A stretch of DNA of 64,000 nt from Rhizomicrobium sp. (GCA_035499335.1 DATJZB010000047.1:1730-65729); one strand, 5' to 3'; shown: positions 36,403 through 46,379, numbered from the stretch's first letter. Made by a program: numbers and translations. The notes: generated by a model not told the origin, from the sequence alone.

Positions 36403-37644
36403 CTAGACCGCGACCGGCAGCGCCTTCAGACCGCGGAAGAAGGGCAGGTCGCGCCACTGCGGCGGCGCATTCGGCTCGGCGAGCCGCGCGTTCGGGAAGC
36501 GCTCGAAGAAAGCGAGGATCGCGAGCTGCGCTTCGATCCGCGCCAGCGGCGCGCCGATGCAGATGTGCGTGCCGCCGCCGAAAGCGATGTGTGGCGCGTC
36601 CTTGCGTGCGATGTCGAAACGGTGCGGATCGGCGAACACCGCCGGGTCGCGGTTGGCGCCGCGCAGCGAGGTCAGCACGGACTGAGTCTTGCGCACCGGG
36701 CAGCCGCCGATCGCCATGTCGCGCGAGGCAATGCGGCCGGTGATGTCGACCGGCGCCTCGTAGCGCAGCACTTCCTCGACCGCCGAGACGATGAGGCCGG
36801 GATCCTCTTTCAGCTTCTTCAGCTCGTCCGGGTGGCTGAGCAGGAGCCAGATGCCGTTGCCGATCAGGTCCGTGGTGGTGAGATTGCCGCCGACCAGCAG
36901 GCCCTGAAGGTTCGCCGAGATCTCGCCGTCGCTGAGCGGCTCGCCCGCGTCCTGCATCGCCACCATGTCGCTGGTGAGATCGTCGCGCGGTTCGCGGCGG
37001 CGCTGCGCCATGAGCTCGCGCATATAGTCCGAAAGGGCGTTGGCCGCCGCCACGAAGGTCCGGGTCTGTTCCTCGTCGCGGAACGGATTGAGGCTGAGGA
37101 TCACCCCTTCCGACCATTCGCGGAATTCCGAAAGCCGGGACTCGTCGACGCCGAGGATGCGGGCGATGACGTCGATCGGCACGCGCAGCGCGAAATCGTT
37201 CATCGCATCGACGGTGGTCTTGCCCGCGAGCCGGTCGAGCCAGCCGTCGATCACCTGCTGCACCAGCGGCTTGGACCTGGCGATGCGCCGGTAGAAAGCC
37301 TTGACGAAGGGATTGCGGATGCGGGCGTGGTCCGGATCGTCCAGCAGCAGGATGCCGACGCCCATTTCGTCCCGCGGCACGGTAAGGCCTTCGACGGGAC
37401 GGTCGCTGAGCGCCTTCTGCATCATCGCGGCTTCCTCGGCGACGGCGGGATCGCGCCACAGCGTCGTGTCCTGCACGATCGCGCGCACGTCCTCGTAGCG
37501 CGTCACGATGAAGGTTCCGGCCGCCTCGTCGCGCATCACCGGGCATTCGCTGCGCAGCCGGTCGAGCAGCTTGTGCGGATCGGCATTGAATTCGGGATTG
37601 AGCGGGGTGAGCTCGAAGACGGAAGGCAGCGGCGCGTCTGGCAT
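36403..37644 (-). CDS. cytochrome P450
   Basis: Heme-binding loop FGGGTHICIGAPLA and an EVLRYEAP (ExxR) motif. Trimmed to MPDAPLPSVFELTPLNPEF. Confidence 0.9.
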   Translation of the reverse strand: MPDAPLPSVFELTPLNPEFNADPHKLLDRLRSECPVMRDEAAGTFIVTRYEDVRAIVQDTTLWRDPAVAEEAAMMQKALSDRPVEGLTVPRDEMGVGILLLDDPDHARIRNPFVKAFYRRIARSKPLVQQVIDGWLDRLAGKTTVDAMNDFALRVPIDVIARILGVDESRLSEFREWSEGVILSLNPFRDEEQTRTFVAAANALSDYMRELMAQRRREPRDDLTSDMVAMQDAGEPLSDGEISANLQGLLVGGNLTTTDLIGNGIWLLLSHPDELKKLKEDPGLIVSAVEEVLRYEAPVDITGRIASRDMAIGGCPVRKTQSVLTSLRGANRDPAVFADPHRFDIARKDAPHIAFGGGTHICIGAPLARIEAQLAILAFFERFPNARLAEPNAPPQWRDLPFFRGLKALPVAV

Positions 37645-37766
37645 GGTTTGGCCCTTGATACGCATACTAGGTAAACACAACCATGCGACGTGCCAATGCC
37701 GAATTTCGGCGCATCGGCGCCGATACCCGGTTCGGTGCGGATTTCGCCGATTCTGCGGACCGGGCG

Positions 37767-38054
37767 CTAGCGGCCCCGGCACTCCTCGATGTGTCGCGTG
37801 CGGATGTCGCGTTCGTGCTCGGCCTGGTCGCGCGAAACGGACCGGCACCAGTCGTAATGCACGCGATAATCCTCCGACCAGCGCGTGGCCATGCGGAGCT
37901 CGCGTCGGCAATGATGCAGCTCACGCGCTTCATGCACCTGGCGGAGCGCGGCGCGCGCATAATCCCGGCAATATCCCTCGTCCGCTGCGACGGCAGGTGT
38001 CGTCAGGGCCGCTCCGGCGATCAACGCCAAGGCGAGCGTGCAGGCGCGATTCAT
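37767..38054 (-). CDS. small secreted Cys-containing protein (95 aa)
   Basis: Signal peptide MNRACTLALALIAGAALTTPAVAADEGYC, with GGGGGA 4 nt upstream. Four Cys in the mature part. Confidence 0.6.
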   Translation of the reverse strand: MNRACTLALALIAGAALTTPAVAADEGYCRDYARAALRQVHEARELHHCRRELRMATRWSEDYRVHYDWCRSVSRDQAEHERDIRTRHIEECRGR

Positions 38055-38164
38055 GATGTCCCCCAAGGCTGTGTGGACGAACGATAGCATCGGCCGCGGT
38101 GCCGGGCCTTTCCGGAGCATTGCAGTTCGGAAATCAATTACGTCGTATACTTATGGCGATGCGC

Positions 38165-39487
38165 CTAGCGCGGATCGCTGTCCAGCCGCGCCGGCGCCGA
38201 TTCTTTCACCAGCGCCATCGCCGCAAGCCCGATGAGCGATGCGACCGTCCAGTAATAGGCTGGCGCCAGCGGATCGCCGGTGCGGGCGAGGAGCCAGGTC
38301 AGGATGAACTGGGTCGAGCCGCCGAAACTGGCGATGGCGAAGGCATAGACGATGGCGACCGCGCCGGAGCGCACGCGCTTCGGCAGCTGCTCGGTCAACG
38401 TCACGATGACGGGCGTCGTGCTCAGCGCCTGCAGGATCGTGACGCCCGCAACCGCTGTGTAGAAGACGAGCGTCGTGCGGTAATGCGAGATCACCCAGAA
38501 TGCCGGAAAGATCGAGCAGAGCAGGAGGACGCCGGGGATGAGCATGACCGGCTTGCGGCCGAACCGGTCCGACAGCCAGCCGCTCGTCACCTCGAACACG
38601 ACGGAGAAAAGTCCGTTCACGATGATCACGCCGAAGGCGACGGTCTGCGCCATGTGCAGCGTGGTGAGCGCATAGGTCGTCAGATAGCTCCCGACATAGG
38701 AGCCGATCGTGCCCGCGGCCAGCATCAGCACGCCGAGCACGATCAAAAGGATGTACGGCCGCAGCGGCCTGGCGACCGAGGTATCGCCCGCCGTGCCGTC
38801 CGGCGCGAGCGCCGCGTCGTCGGCCGCATGCAGCGTCTCGGGCAGGCTGCTGCGCAGCCACAGGCCGAACGGAACGATGCAGGCGCCGATGAGCATGGCG
38901 ACGCGCCAGCCCCAGTCCTGCAGCTGCTGCGGCGCGAGCTGGCTCGCCAGCGCCGTGCTGATCAGACCGGCGACGAGAACGCCGCAATCCTGCGTCGCAT
39001 ATTGTCCGGCGGCGTAGAGTCCGCGGCGGCGGCGCGGCGCCGCTTCGACCAGATAGGCGGTCGTGGGCCCGACTTCGCCGCCCAGCGCGAAGCCCTGCAC
39101 CAGGCGGAACAGGATGACGAGGACCGGCGCGGCGACGCCGATCCGCGCATAGGAGGGCGTGAACGCGACGCCGATCACGCCGATGCCCATGAGGACGAAG
39201 GACAGCATCATCGCCGACTTGCGGCCGATGCGGTCGCCCATCGGTCCGATCACCATCGCGCCGACCGGGCGCGCGACGAAGCCGATGAACGAGACGCCGA
39301 AGGTCTGGAGCAGGCTCGCGGTCTCGTCGTGGCCGGGAAAGAAGGCGCGTCCGATATAGACCGCGAAATAGACGTAGATCAGGAAGTCGTAGAAGCCGAG
39401 CGCGTTGCCGAGCGATACCGCCAGGACATGGCGCAGCGGAATGGCCTCCTGCCGTGCCGGAGCGTCGCCGGTAAGTGCCGATTGCAT
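38165..39487 (-). CDS. MFS transporter, metabolite:H+ symporter (MHS) family (citrate/tricarballylate-type)
   Basis: GNALGFYDF, GDRIGRK and LVQGFALGGEVGPTTAYLVEAAP. Start uncertain (ATG 39487 or GTG 39541). Confidence 0.85.
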   Translation of the reverse strand: MQSALTGDAPARQEAIPLRHVLAVSLGNALGFYDFLIYVYFAVYIGRAFFPGHDETASLLQTFGVSFIGFVARPVGAMVIGPMGDRIGRKSAMMLSFVLMGIGVIGVAFTPSYARIGVAAPVLVILFRLVQGFALGGEVGPTTAYLVEAAPRRRRGLYAAGQYATQDCGVLVAGLISTALASQLAPQQLQDWGWRVAMLIGACIVPFGLWLRSSLPETLHAADDAALAPDGTAGDTSVARPLRPYILLIVLGVLMLAAGTIGSYVGSYLTTYALTTLHMAQTVAFGVIIVNGLFSVVFEVTSGWLSDRFGRKPVMLIPGVLLLCSIFPAFWVISHYRTTLVFYTAVAGVTILQALSTTPVIVTLTEQLPKRVRSGAVAIVYAFAIASFGGSTQFILTWLLARTGDPLAPAYYWTVASLIGLAAMALVKESAPARLDSDPR

Positions 39488-39552
39488 CCATGGCCCCGCG
39501 GGATTCGCCGCCACTCTGCGCGAGATCGCCGGCGTTGTCACAGGGGGCGGCG

Positions 39553-40050
39553 CTACCCGCCCGCGCGCAAGTCGCGGATGGTTTTGCGGCCGTCGGCGCT
39601 CGGCTGATAGACCGCGCTCATCTCGGCGAACGCCTTGTGGAAGTCCTCGAGCGTGAACCTGCTGTCGAACGCATCGAAGCCGGTGCGGCGCAGATAGTTG
39701 AGCTGGTCGAACAGGAAATTGCCCGTGGCGCGCACCTCGCCCTTGAAGTTCAGCCGCGTGCGCAGCATGCGGGCCCAGGAAAAGCCGCGCCCGTCGGTGA
39801 AGGCGGGGAATTCGATGACGACGACGGAGAGCCGGTGCACGTCGTCGCCGAGCTCTTCGGGCGACTCGTCCGACTTGAGCTGCACGCCGACCGGCGCGTT
39901 GCGCGCCATGAGCGCCTCGCGGTCCTTGCGGAAGCGCGTCAGCGAGACGATGGCACCGCCTTCGGCCGGCAGCGGCGCATCGTCGGCGAGGCGCGCGAAT
40001 CCGTCGGCGGCGACGGCGCCGTTCCCGTCCCCGAACTTAATGAGCGGCAT
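39553..40050 (-). CDS. DUF934 protein (sulfite reductase-associated)
   Basis: FPAFTDGRGFSWARMLRTRLNFKGEVRATGNFLFDQLNYLRRTGFDAF is the DUF934 signature. Overlaps the cysI stop by 14 nt. Confidence 0.85.
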   Translation of the reverse strand: MPLIKFGDGNGAVAADGFARLADDAPLPAEGGAIVSLTRFRKDREALMARNAPVGVQLKSDESPEELGDDVHRLSVVVIEFPAFTDGRGFSWARMLRTRLNFKGEVRATGNFLFDQLNYLRRTGFDAFDSRFTLEDFHKAFAEMSAVYQPSADGRKTIRDLRAGG

Positions 40051-41692
40051 AGAGCTGATCCAGATAGGCGATGTTCTTGAACGGCTCCATGCCGACGCGC
40101 CGATAGGTGTCGAGGAAGCGCTCGCCGTCCTTGCGCAAGGTCAGATAGGCCTTCACCACGCGCTCGACGGCCGGACCGATTTCGTGCTCGCCGAAGCCCG
40201 GACCCATGATGTCGCCGATGCTGGCGTCCTCTGCGCCGGAGCCGCCGAGCTGGAGCTGGTAGAATTCGACGCCCTTCTTGTCGACGCCGAGGATGCCGAT
40301 GTGGCCGGCATGGTGGTGGCCGCAGGCGTTGATGCAGCCCGAGATCTTGATCTTGAGCTCGCCGATCTCGTGCTGGCGGTCCAGATCGGCGAAGCGCGCC
40401 GCGATGTCCTGCGCGATCGGGATCGAGCGCGCATTGGCGAGGTCGCAATAGTCGAGGCCCGGGCAGGCGATGATGTCGGTGATGAGGCCGGCATTGGGCG
40501 TGCCGAGTCCGAGTTCGGCCAGGCGCGCATGGATGGCGGGGAGATCGCGCTTGCGCGCGTGCGGCAGCACGAGATTCTGCTCGTGGCTGACGCGGATCTC
40601 GCTCATGCCGAAACGGTCCATCAGGTCGGCGAGGGCGTCCATCTGCGCCGCGCTGGCGTCACCCGGAACGCCGCCGATCGGCTTGAGCGAAATCGTGGCG
40701 ATCGCATAGCCGCTGGCGCGGTGGGGATGGACGTTCGTGCGGACCCAGTCGCGGAAATCCTTGCCGCCTTCGGGAATCTCGTCCTTCAGGTCCTCGAACG
40801 GCGGCGGCGCGAAATAGGCGTCGATGCGCGCGAGTTCCTCGGCCGGGACCTGCAGCGTTCCGCGCGCGCGTATCTCGGCGAATTCGCGCATCACCTGGTT
40901 GCGCATTTCCTCCTCGCCGAGCGCGTTGGCGAGGATCTTGATGCGCGCCTTGAACTTGTTGTCGCGCCGCCCCGACTGGTTGTAGACGCGCATGACGCTT
41001 TCGAGGAAAGCGAGGATGTCCGGCTTGGCGACGAAATCGCCGACCACGAAGCCGATATAGGGCGTGCGCCCCATGCCGCCGCCGACCAGCACGCGATATC
41101 CGGTTTCGCCGGCCGCGTTCTTCACGATCTCGACCGCCATGTCGTGATATTTGAGCGCAGCGCGGTCGTGCGCGCTGGCGCCGACGGCGATCTTGAACTT
41201 CCGCGGCAGGAAGACGAATTCCGGATGCAGGCTCGACCATTGCCGGATGATCTCGGCCAGCGGACGCGGATCCTCGATCTCGTCGGCCGCGGCGCCCGCG
41301 AAATGGTCGGCGGTGACGTTGCGGATGCAGTTGCCGGACGTCTGGATGGCGTGCATCTCGACCGATGCGAGATCGGAGAGGATGTCCGGCACGTCGACGA
41401 GCTTGGGCCAGTTGTACTGGATGTTCTGGCGCGTCGTGAAGTGGCCGTAGCCGCGGTCGTATTTGCGCGCGATGTGCGCCAGCATGCGCAGCTGGCGCGC
41501 GTTCAGCGTACCGTAGGGCACGGCGACGCGCAGCATGTAGGCGTGCAGCTGGAGATACAGCCCGTTCATCAGGCGCAGCGGCTTGAACTGATCCTCGTTC
41601 AGTTCTCCCGACAGCCGGCGCGCCACCTGGCCGCGGAACTGCGCCACGCGCTCGGCGACGAACCGGGCGTCGAACTCGTCATATCGATACAT
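40037..41692 (-). CDS. cysI: sulfite (nitrite/sulfite) reductase hemoprotein, NirA/CysI type
   Basis: 551 aa. TSGNCIRNVTADH and a C-terminal CPGLDYCDLA...SGCINACGHHH Fe-S/siroheme cysteine cluster. Confidence 0.92.
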   Translation of the reverse strand: MYRYDEFDARFVAERVAQFRGQVARRLSGELNEDQFKPLRLMNGLYLQLHAYMLRVAVPYGTLNARQLRMLAHIARKYDRGYGHFTTRQNIQYNWPKLVDVPDILSDLASVEMHAIQTSGNCIRNVTADHFAGAAADEIEDPRPLAEIIRQWSSLHPEFVFLPRKFKIAVGASAHDRAALKYHDMAVEIVKNAAGETGYRVLVGGGMGRTPYIGFVVGDFVAKPDILAFLESVMRVYNQSGRRDNKFKARIKILANALGEEEMRNQVMREFAEIRARGTLQVPAEELARIDAYFAPPPFEDLKDEIPEGGKDFRDWVRTNVHPHRASGYAIATISLKPIGGVPGDASAAQMDALADLMDRFGMSEIRVSHEQNLVLPHARKRDLPAIHARLAELGLGTPNAGLITDIIACPGLDYCDLANARSIPIAQDIAARFADLDRQHEIGELKIKISGCINACGHHHAGHIGILGVDKKGVEFYQLQLGGSGAEDASIGDIMGPGFGEHEIGPAVERVVKAYLTLRKDGERFLDTYRRVGMEPFKNIAYLDQLYAAH

Positions 41693-42056
41693 CGTCGTCT
41701 TTCATCCGGACGGTTGCGCCGCTCCGCGCGCGCGGCGGCGGTCGCAGCGAGGGATCTCCCGCCTGCTTGCCGAGATCGCCGCGCACGGTCGGACCGGCGG
41801 CGCGGATGATCTCGCGCTCCTTCACCGGATGGATGCCGTGCGCGTCGGTCTTCACGTCGAACAGATAGGGGTTCACCACCTTGTTCTGGGTCACGAACGC
41901 CTGCGCCGCCGCGAGCGCCGCGTCGGCCGCAGCGGGATCGGCGAAGACGTCACCCTCCTTCAAGGCGAGAACCCAGCCGCCCTGTTTCCAATAGAGGACG
42001 TCGCCGTCGACCAGACGGTTGGCGGTGAGCATCTGCGGGTCTTGGACCTTTGCCAT
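41679..42056 (-). CDS. DUF2849 protein
   Basis: MLTANRLVDGDVLYWKQGGWV...NPYLFDV pattern. The 14-nt overlap with the cysI start matches the usual DUF2849-CysI-DUF934 operon order. Confidence 0.8.
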   Translation of the reverse strand: MAKVQDPQMLTANRLVDGDVLYWKQGGWVLALKEGDVFADPAAADAALAAAQAFVTQNKVVNPYLFDVKTDAHGIHPVKEREIIRAAGPTVRGDLGKQAGDPSLRPPPRARSGATVRMKDDDVSI

Positions 42057-42196
42057 AAGGGTTAGATCACATGCCGCGCTGCAAACTTCAATGCATCACA
42101 CAAAAATTCTGTTATTTTCGAAGAAACACACTTCTGTGACGTGAAATAAACGCGCGGGACAAGGGGCTTTTCAGCGCCGCCCGGTCACGGCGCGCC

Positions 42197-43228
42197 CTAC
42201 TTTGCGCAGAAGCTCGCAATGTCGCGCGCGGTCGACAGGCTGATGTCCGGACAGCAGGTCGGCACGATCTCCGTGCCGTGGATCGTGCCCATCACCTGGC
42301 GGCAGCGCGCCGCGACGCCGGCGTTCATCAGCAGGCGATAGAAGACGATGCCTTCGTCGCGCAGCGGATCGCACTCGTTGACGCTGATCACCGTCGGCGG
42401 CAGGCCCTTCACATCGTCGGCCGTGGCAAAGCCCGGCCAGGCGAGCGGATCCTTGGCGTTGAACGCCTCGATGCCGTAGCCCATCGCGCCGCGATTGTTG
42501 TGCAGGTCGAGCAGCAGGCCGTTGTTCTCGACCGAACTCGGATAACGCTCCTGCGGCCAATGTCCCGCGATGTAGGGACAGAGCGCATAGAGTCCCTTGA
42601 TGAGGCCGATGTCGCCGTCGCGCTTCAACTTGAGTCCGGTCGCGAGCGTCAGGTTGCCGCCGCCGCTTTCGCCGGCGATGACGATGCGCGCCGGATCGAT
42701 GTTCAACTGGGCGGCGTTGGCATGCACCCATTTCAATCCGGAGACGCAGTCGTTGAGCCCGGCGGGATAGGGCGCCACCTCCGGTACCGACGATGCCTGG
42801 ATCGCGTTGCGGAAGTCGACCATCGCCACCGCGACGCCCTGGTGCGCGATCATCTTGCCCCAGGCGCGGTAATGGCCCTCGAAGCAGGAGCTGAACTGCA
42901 TGCCGCCGCCATGGATGTAATAGACGCAGGGCAGCTTCTCGTCCGTGTCCGGCCGGATGTAGCGGATGTTGATCCAGTTGCCGTCCGGCGAGGAACGCAC
43001 TTCCTCGACCTTGACGCGCAGGCCGCGCGACGGCGTGAGTTCTTCGTTGTCGAAGGCTTCGAACATCGCCTTCATCATCTGCGTCCGCGCCTTGCCTTCT
43101 TCGGATTGTTCGGCGGCAAGCAGCTCCTGGCGGCTCTTGACGTCGCCCGCCACCGTCATGGTGAGCGTGCCGAACAACGCCTTGATGCGCGGGTCTACGC
43201 GCGGATCCGTTGCGATGGAATTGGTCAT
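42197..43228 (-). CDS. alpha/beta hydrolase, hormone-sensitive-lipase-type esterase
   Basis: Oxyanion HGGG (YYIHGGGMQF) and nucleophile elbow GESGGGNL. GGGGAG 5 nt upstream of the ATG at 43228. Confidence 0.88.
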   Translation of the reverse strand: MTNSIATDPRVDPRIKALFGTLTMTVAGDVKSRQELLAAEQSEEGKARTQMMKAMFEAFDNEELTPSRGLRVKVEEVRSSPDGNWINIRYIRPDTDEKLPCVYYIHGGGMQFSSCFEGHYRAWGKMIAHQGVAVAMVDFRNAIQASSVPEVAPYPAGLNDCVSGLKWVHANAAQLNIDPARIVIAGESGGGNLTLATGLKLKRDGDIGLIKGLYALCPYIAGHWPQERYPSSVENNGLLLDLHNNRGAMGYGIEAFNAKDPLAWPGFATADDVKGLPPTVISVNECDPLRDEGIVFYRLLMNAGVAARCRQVMGTIHGTEIVPTCCPDISLSTARDIASFCAK

Positions 43229-43366
43229 GGACGCTCCCCGTTTTTCCGCCGCCAAGGACAGGCCGACGGGCGGCAAAAGTCAAACGCGGCCTGGGCGGCG
43301 ATGGCCGCGCGCGGCCAGCTGTGCCAGTCTCGCGCCGGACGGCGATGCCGGAACGGGGGGAACGAC

Positions 43367-43801
43367 ATGTCGAACAAGACCAGGCTTTTGTGCGCCTTCT
43401 ACGCCGCGGTGGCGCTGCTCGCGCTCTACGGCACCTGGAGCCAGAACCTCGCCTATTTCGGGCCGGGCGCGGCGGGCGGCGGCGGATTCCTTCCAGACCT
43501 AAGGGCAAATCCCGCGACGCGCTCGATCTCGATCGATCTCGGCTTCTTCCTGCTCGCGGCCGCCGTCTTCATGGTGTTCGAGGCGCGGCGCATCGGCCAG
43601 CGCTTCGTCTGGGTCTATATCGCGCTCGGCTTCGCCATCGCCATCAGCGTGACGTTTCCGCTGTTTCTTCTGGGACGCGAGCTGCGGCTATCTTCGCCGG
43701 CGCCCGCGGCCGCGCCGTCGCCGCTGGTCCGCGCGCTCGATCTCGCCGGCCTCGCCCTGCTGAGCGCCCTGTCGCTCTATTTCATGGTCTGGATTCGCTA
43801 G
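43367..43801 (+). CDS. DUF2834-like membrane protein
   Basis: In-frame part of track ORF 42278..43801, starting MSNKTRLLCAFYAAVALLALYGTW. Four hydrophobic segments. Confidence 0.7.
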   Translation: MSNKTRLLCAFYAAVALLALYGTWSQNLAYFGPGAAGGGGFLPDLRANPATRSISIDLGFFLLAAAVFMVFEARRIGQRFVWVYIALGFAIAISVTFPLFLLGRELRLSSPAPAAAPSPLVRALDLAGLALLSALSLYFMVWIR

Positions 43802-44000
43802 GGCGCGTCGTTCCGGTTCCGCAATATATGTTTGAATTTAACGGCTTAACCCGGCTTTCCCGTCCTGCCCGGGTCGGCCCGCGGTCGTCCGGGACGGCGC
43901 CGGGCCCCCACCGGCGCCGCACGTTTTCCATTTACAGTGAAAGTTAAGTTGCCAACGCCAACAAGATGCTAAGCTTCCTTCGTACCGGCGTTGCGTAGCG

Positions 44001-44210
44001 GTGGGGAGCATCTTGGACAAACGTGAAAGCGAGCGGCTGGCTGCCGCCTGGATCGAAGAATTCGGTCCCGATGTCGAATGGCATCTGACGGAAAAAATCA
44101 GACAGCTCGAGCAGTGGGGCGATTCCGACGGCGCGCAGACGTTTCGCGGCGCCCGCGCACTCATCCGTGTACGGAGTGTTTCGCCGGTGCTGAACCTGCG
44201 GACGGCCTAG
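44001..44210 (+). CDS. small hypothetical protein (69 aa, GTG start; TTG 44013 possible)
   Basis: Helical-looking sequence ERLAAAWIEEFGPDVEWHLTEKIRQLEQW. GC3 ~75 percent. The overlapping minus-strand ORFs look less protein-like. Confidence 0.4.
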   Translation: MGSILDKRESERLAAAWIEEFGPDVEWHLTEKIRQLEQWGDSDGAQTFRGARALIRVRSVSPVLNLRTA

Positions 44211-44220
44211 CCCGGTTTCG

Positions 44221-44991
44221 TCAGGCGGTGTGATCAAAGATCAGGTGTTCGCGCGTCAGGAAGCAGCGCGAGGCGCCCATCTCCACGAAGCGCCGTTCGT
44301 CCTCGACCAGCGCCGTCCCGGCGTTGCGTCCGGCCTCGGTCTCGCCGCCGCGGCCGAGTTCGGCCTCGGAGCCGATCCAGACTTCGGTGATGCCGTCGAG
44401 CGGTGCCGCGAAGCCGGCCGCCAGCACGCGCGCGTTCCATTCGGGCGCGATCGTGTGGCTCTGCACGTATTTTTTCATGTGCAGGACCTCCGCCACGCTG
44501 CGCACCAGCGGGCCGTGATCGGCGAGCCAGGTGCGATGGCAGTCCTGCTGCGACAGGCCATGCTTGCGCGCGAGAAGATAGGTCACCTTCAGGGCGTCCG
44601 GCCCGAGCGGCTTGCCGCCGGTGCGATCGAAGATGAGATGCTCCTCGGTCAGGAACACCTGCGACTTCGAGAAGTCGATGAACTTCGCCTCGTCCTGCGA
44701 AAGAATCCGGCCGGCCGCGGCGCCTTCGTCCGTCGCATAGGCGGCTTCGAGATCGGCGAACGAATCCCACCACACCTCGGTGATGCCGTCGACCGGCGCG
44801 AGCATGCCGCGCACCGCGCGCATGCCTTCGTTGGCCGCATGATCGACGAGATGACTCTGCACATATTTGCGCAGGCGCAGCGCCTTGGCCTGGCGGGCGA
44901 CGAGCGGCCCGTGGCGGTTCAGCCAGTAGTCGTGGAAAGCGCTCGCGGAGAGATCGGCGCGGCGCGTGATGACATAGACGAGTTTGATCAT
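44221..44991 (-). CDS. tandem EthD domain protein
   Basis: Two repeats, each carrying HGPLV...KYVQSH...DGITEVW...EHLIFD. Confidence 0.85.
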   Translation of the reverse strand: MIKLVYVITRRADLSASAFHDYWLNRHGPLVARQAKALRLRKYVQSHLVDHAANEGMRAVRGMLAPVDGITEVWWDSFADLEAAYATDEGAAAGRILSQDEAKFIDFSKSQVFLTEEHLIFDRTGGKPLGPDALKVTYLLARKHGLSQQDCHRTWLADHGPLVRSVAEVLHMKKYVQSHTIAPEWNARVLAAGFAAPLDGITEVWIGSEAELGRGGETEAGRNAGTALVEDERRFVEMGASRCFLTREHLIFDHTA

Positions 44992-45108
44992 GCGTTTTCC
45001 CTTCGCCGCGGTCGGGCGATCTTAGCGATGGCGGACGCTTTAGAAAGGGCACTGTCGCGGCCGCCGTCTTTCTGCGAAAACCGCTAGCAGGCAGAGCCGG
45101 AGGGCCAG

Positions 45109-45984
45109 ATGGGCGCGGATTTCGAGGAGTTGGGCCGGGCGAGCATCGTCGGCAGCCGCAGCTACAGCCTCAAGTCCCGGAACGTCGACCAGACGTTCCA
45201 GATCGACGTGGCACGGCCGAGCGCGCGCGCCGCCGAGGGCAAGAAGCTGCCGGTCGTCTACGTGCTCGACGGCAATGGCTGTTTCGGGCTGGCGACGCAG
45301 ACCGCGCGCATGCTCCAGGACGGCGGCCTCGCGCCTGCCCTCATCGTCGGCGTCGGCTATCGCTTCGATCCGTCGCTGCCGCTGCGCGCCCAGACATTCG
45401 AGACCCGCACCCGCGACTACACGCCGACCGAAGACGCGGCCTGGCTCGAGACGAGCCGACAGGAACTGGCCAAGCAGGGCGTTGAGATCGGCGGGACGAC
45501 CGGCGGCGCGCCGGCGTTCCTGCGTTTCCTCGAAGACGAGTTGAAACCGTTCATCGCCGCGCATTATCCCATCGACGCGGCGGACCAGACGCTGACCGGC
45601 ATGTCGCTGGGCGGGCTCTTCACACTCTACGCGTTCTTCGCGGCGCCGCAGAATTTCGCGCGTTACGCCGCGTTCAGTCCCTCGCTGTGGTGGGACAAGC
45701 GGAGCTTGTTCGCGAACGAAGCCGCGCTCGCCGCGCGAACCCGCGACGTCGCAGCGCGGCTGTTTCTCTCGGTCGGCGATAAGGAAGAGGATGCGGACGG
45801 CATCTATCGGATGGTGAGCAACCTGCAGTCGATGAAGGACACGCTGGCGGGCCGCAACTATCCCGGCCTCAAGCTCTCCCACACCGTCTTCGGCGAGGAG
45901 ACGCACATGTCGGTCTATCCGGCCGCGTTCAGCCGCGGACTAAGAGCCCTGTTCGGGGAGGAGTCGGCTCAGCGCGCGGCGTAG
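45109..45984 (+). CDS. esterase family alpha/beta hydrolase (IroE/putative-esterase type)
   Basis: LPVVYVLDGN, nucleophile elbow GMSLGG, and SPSLWW. Confidence 0.85.
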   Translation: MGADFEELGRASIVGSRSYSLKSRNVDQTFQIDVARPSARAAEGKKLPVVYVLDGNGCFGLATQTARMLQDGGLAPALIVGVGYRFDPSLPLRAQTFETRTRDYTPTEDAAWLETSRQELAKQGVEIGGTTGGAPAFLRFLEDELKPFIAAHYPIDAADQTLTGMSLGGLFTLYAFFAAPQNFARYAAFSPSLWWDKRSLFANEAALAARTRDVAARLFLSVGDKEEDADGIYRMVSNLQSMKDTLAGRNYPGLKLSHTVFGEETHMSVYPAAFSRGLRALFGEESAQRAA

Positions 45985-46379
45985 AGCGCCAGGCCGCACT
46001 GCGCGAAATGCGATTGCAGGCAGGCGTCGGCCATCGCGTCCGCGTCCTTGATCTCGCTCGCGGCGAGCTGCGCGCGCACCACATCGCGGTTCGTCCGCGC
46101 CACGGTGGCGACCGGCGCGGCGGAGCGCGATGCGAGCGCGAACCACATATAGGCGCGCGAGGCGTTCTTCCCGACGCCGTTGCCGAAGAAATAGAGGGAA
46201 CCGATCGCGCTCTGCGCCGCGGCGTCGCCGTCGCGCGCCAGCGGCGAATAGAGTTCGAAGGCCTTGGCGTAGTCCTTTGCGTCGAACGCCGCATTGGCGG
46301 CGGCGAGATCGTCGGCGCGGGCGGCGCCGCCTGCGGCGAGGGACAGACCGGCCAGAACGGCGAAAAGGGTGGCGCGCAT
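45969..46379 (-). CDS. secreted Sel1-like repeat protein
   Basis: Signal peptide MRATLFAVLAGLSLAAGGAARA and the Sel1-like motif AQSAIGSLYFFGNGVGKNASRAYMWFALA. Confidence 0.75.
   Translation of the reverse strand: MRATLFAVLAGLSLAAGGAARADDLAAANAAFDAKDYAKAFELYSPLARDGDAAAQSAIGSLYFFGNGVGKNASRAYMWFALASRSAAPVATVARTNRDVVRAQLAASEIKDADAMADACLQSHFAQCGLALYAAR

Noticed and set aside
43838-44237. Two overlapping minus-strand ORFs (108 and 97 aa) in the spacer between the DUF2834-like and EthD genes
   Set aside because: They overlap each other and the plus-strand 69-aa ORF. Their sequences are Arg/Pro/Ser-rich without structure-like periodicity. The plus-strand ORF looks more protein-like, and even that is called at low confidence.
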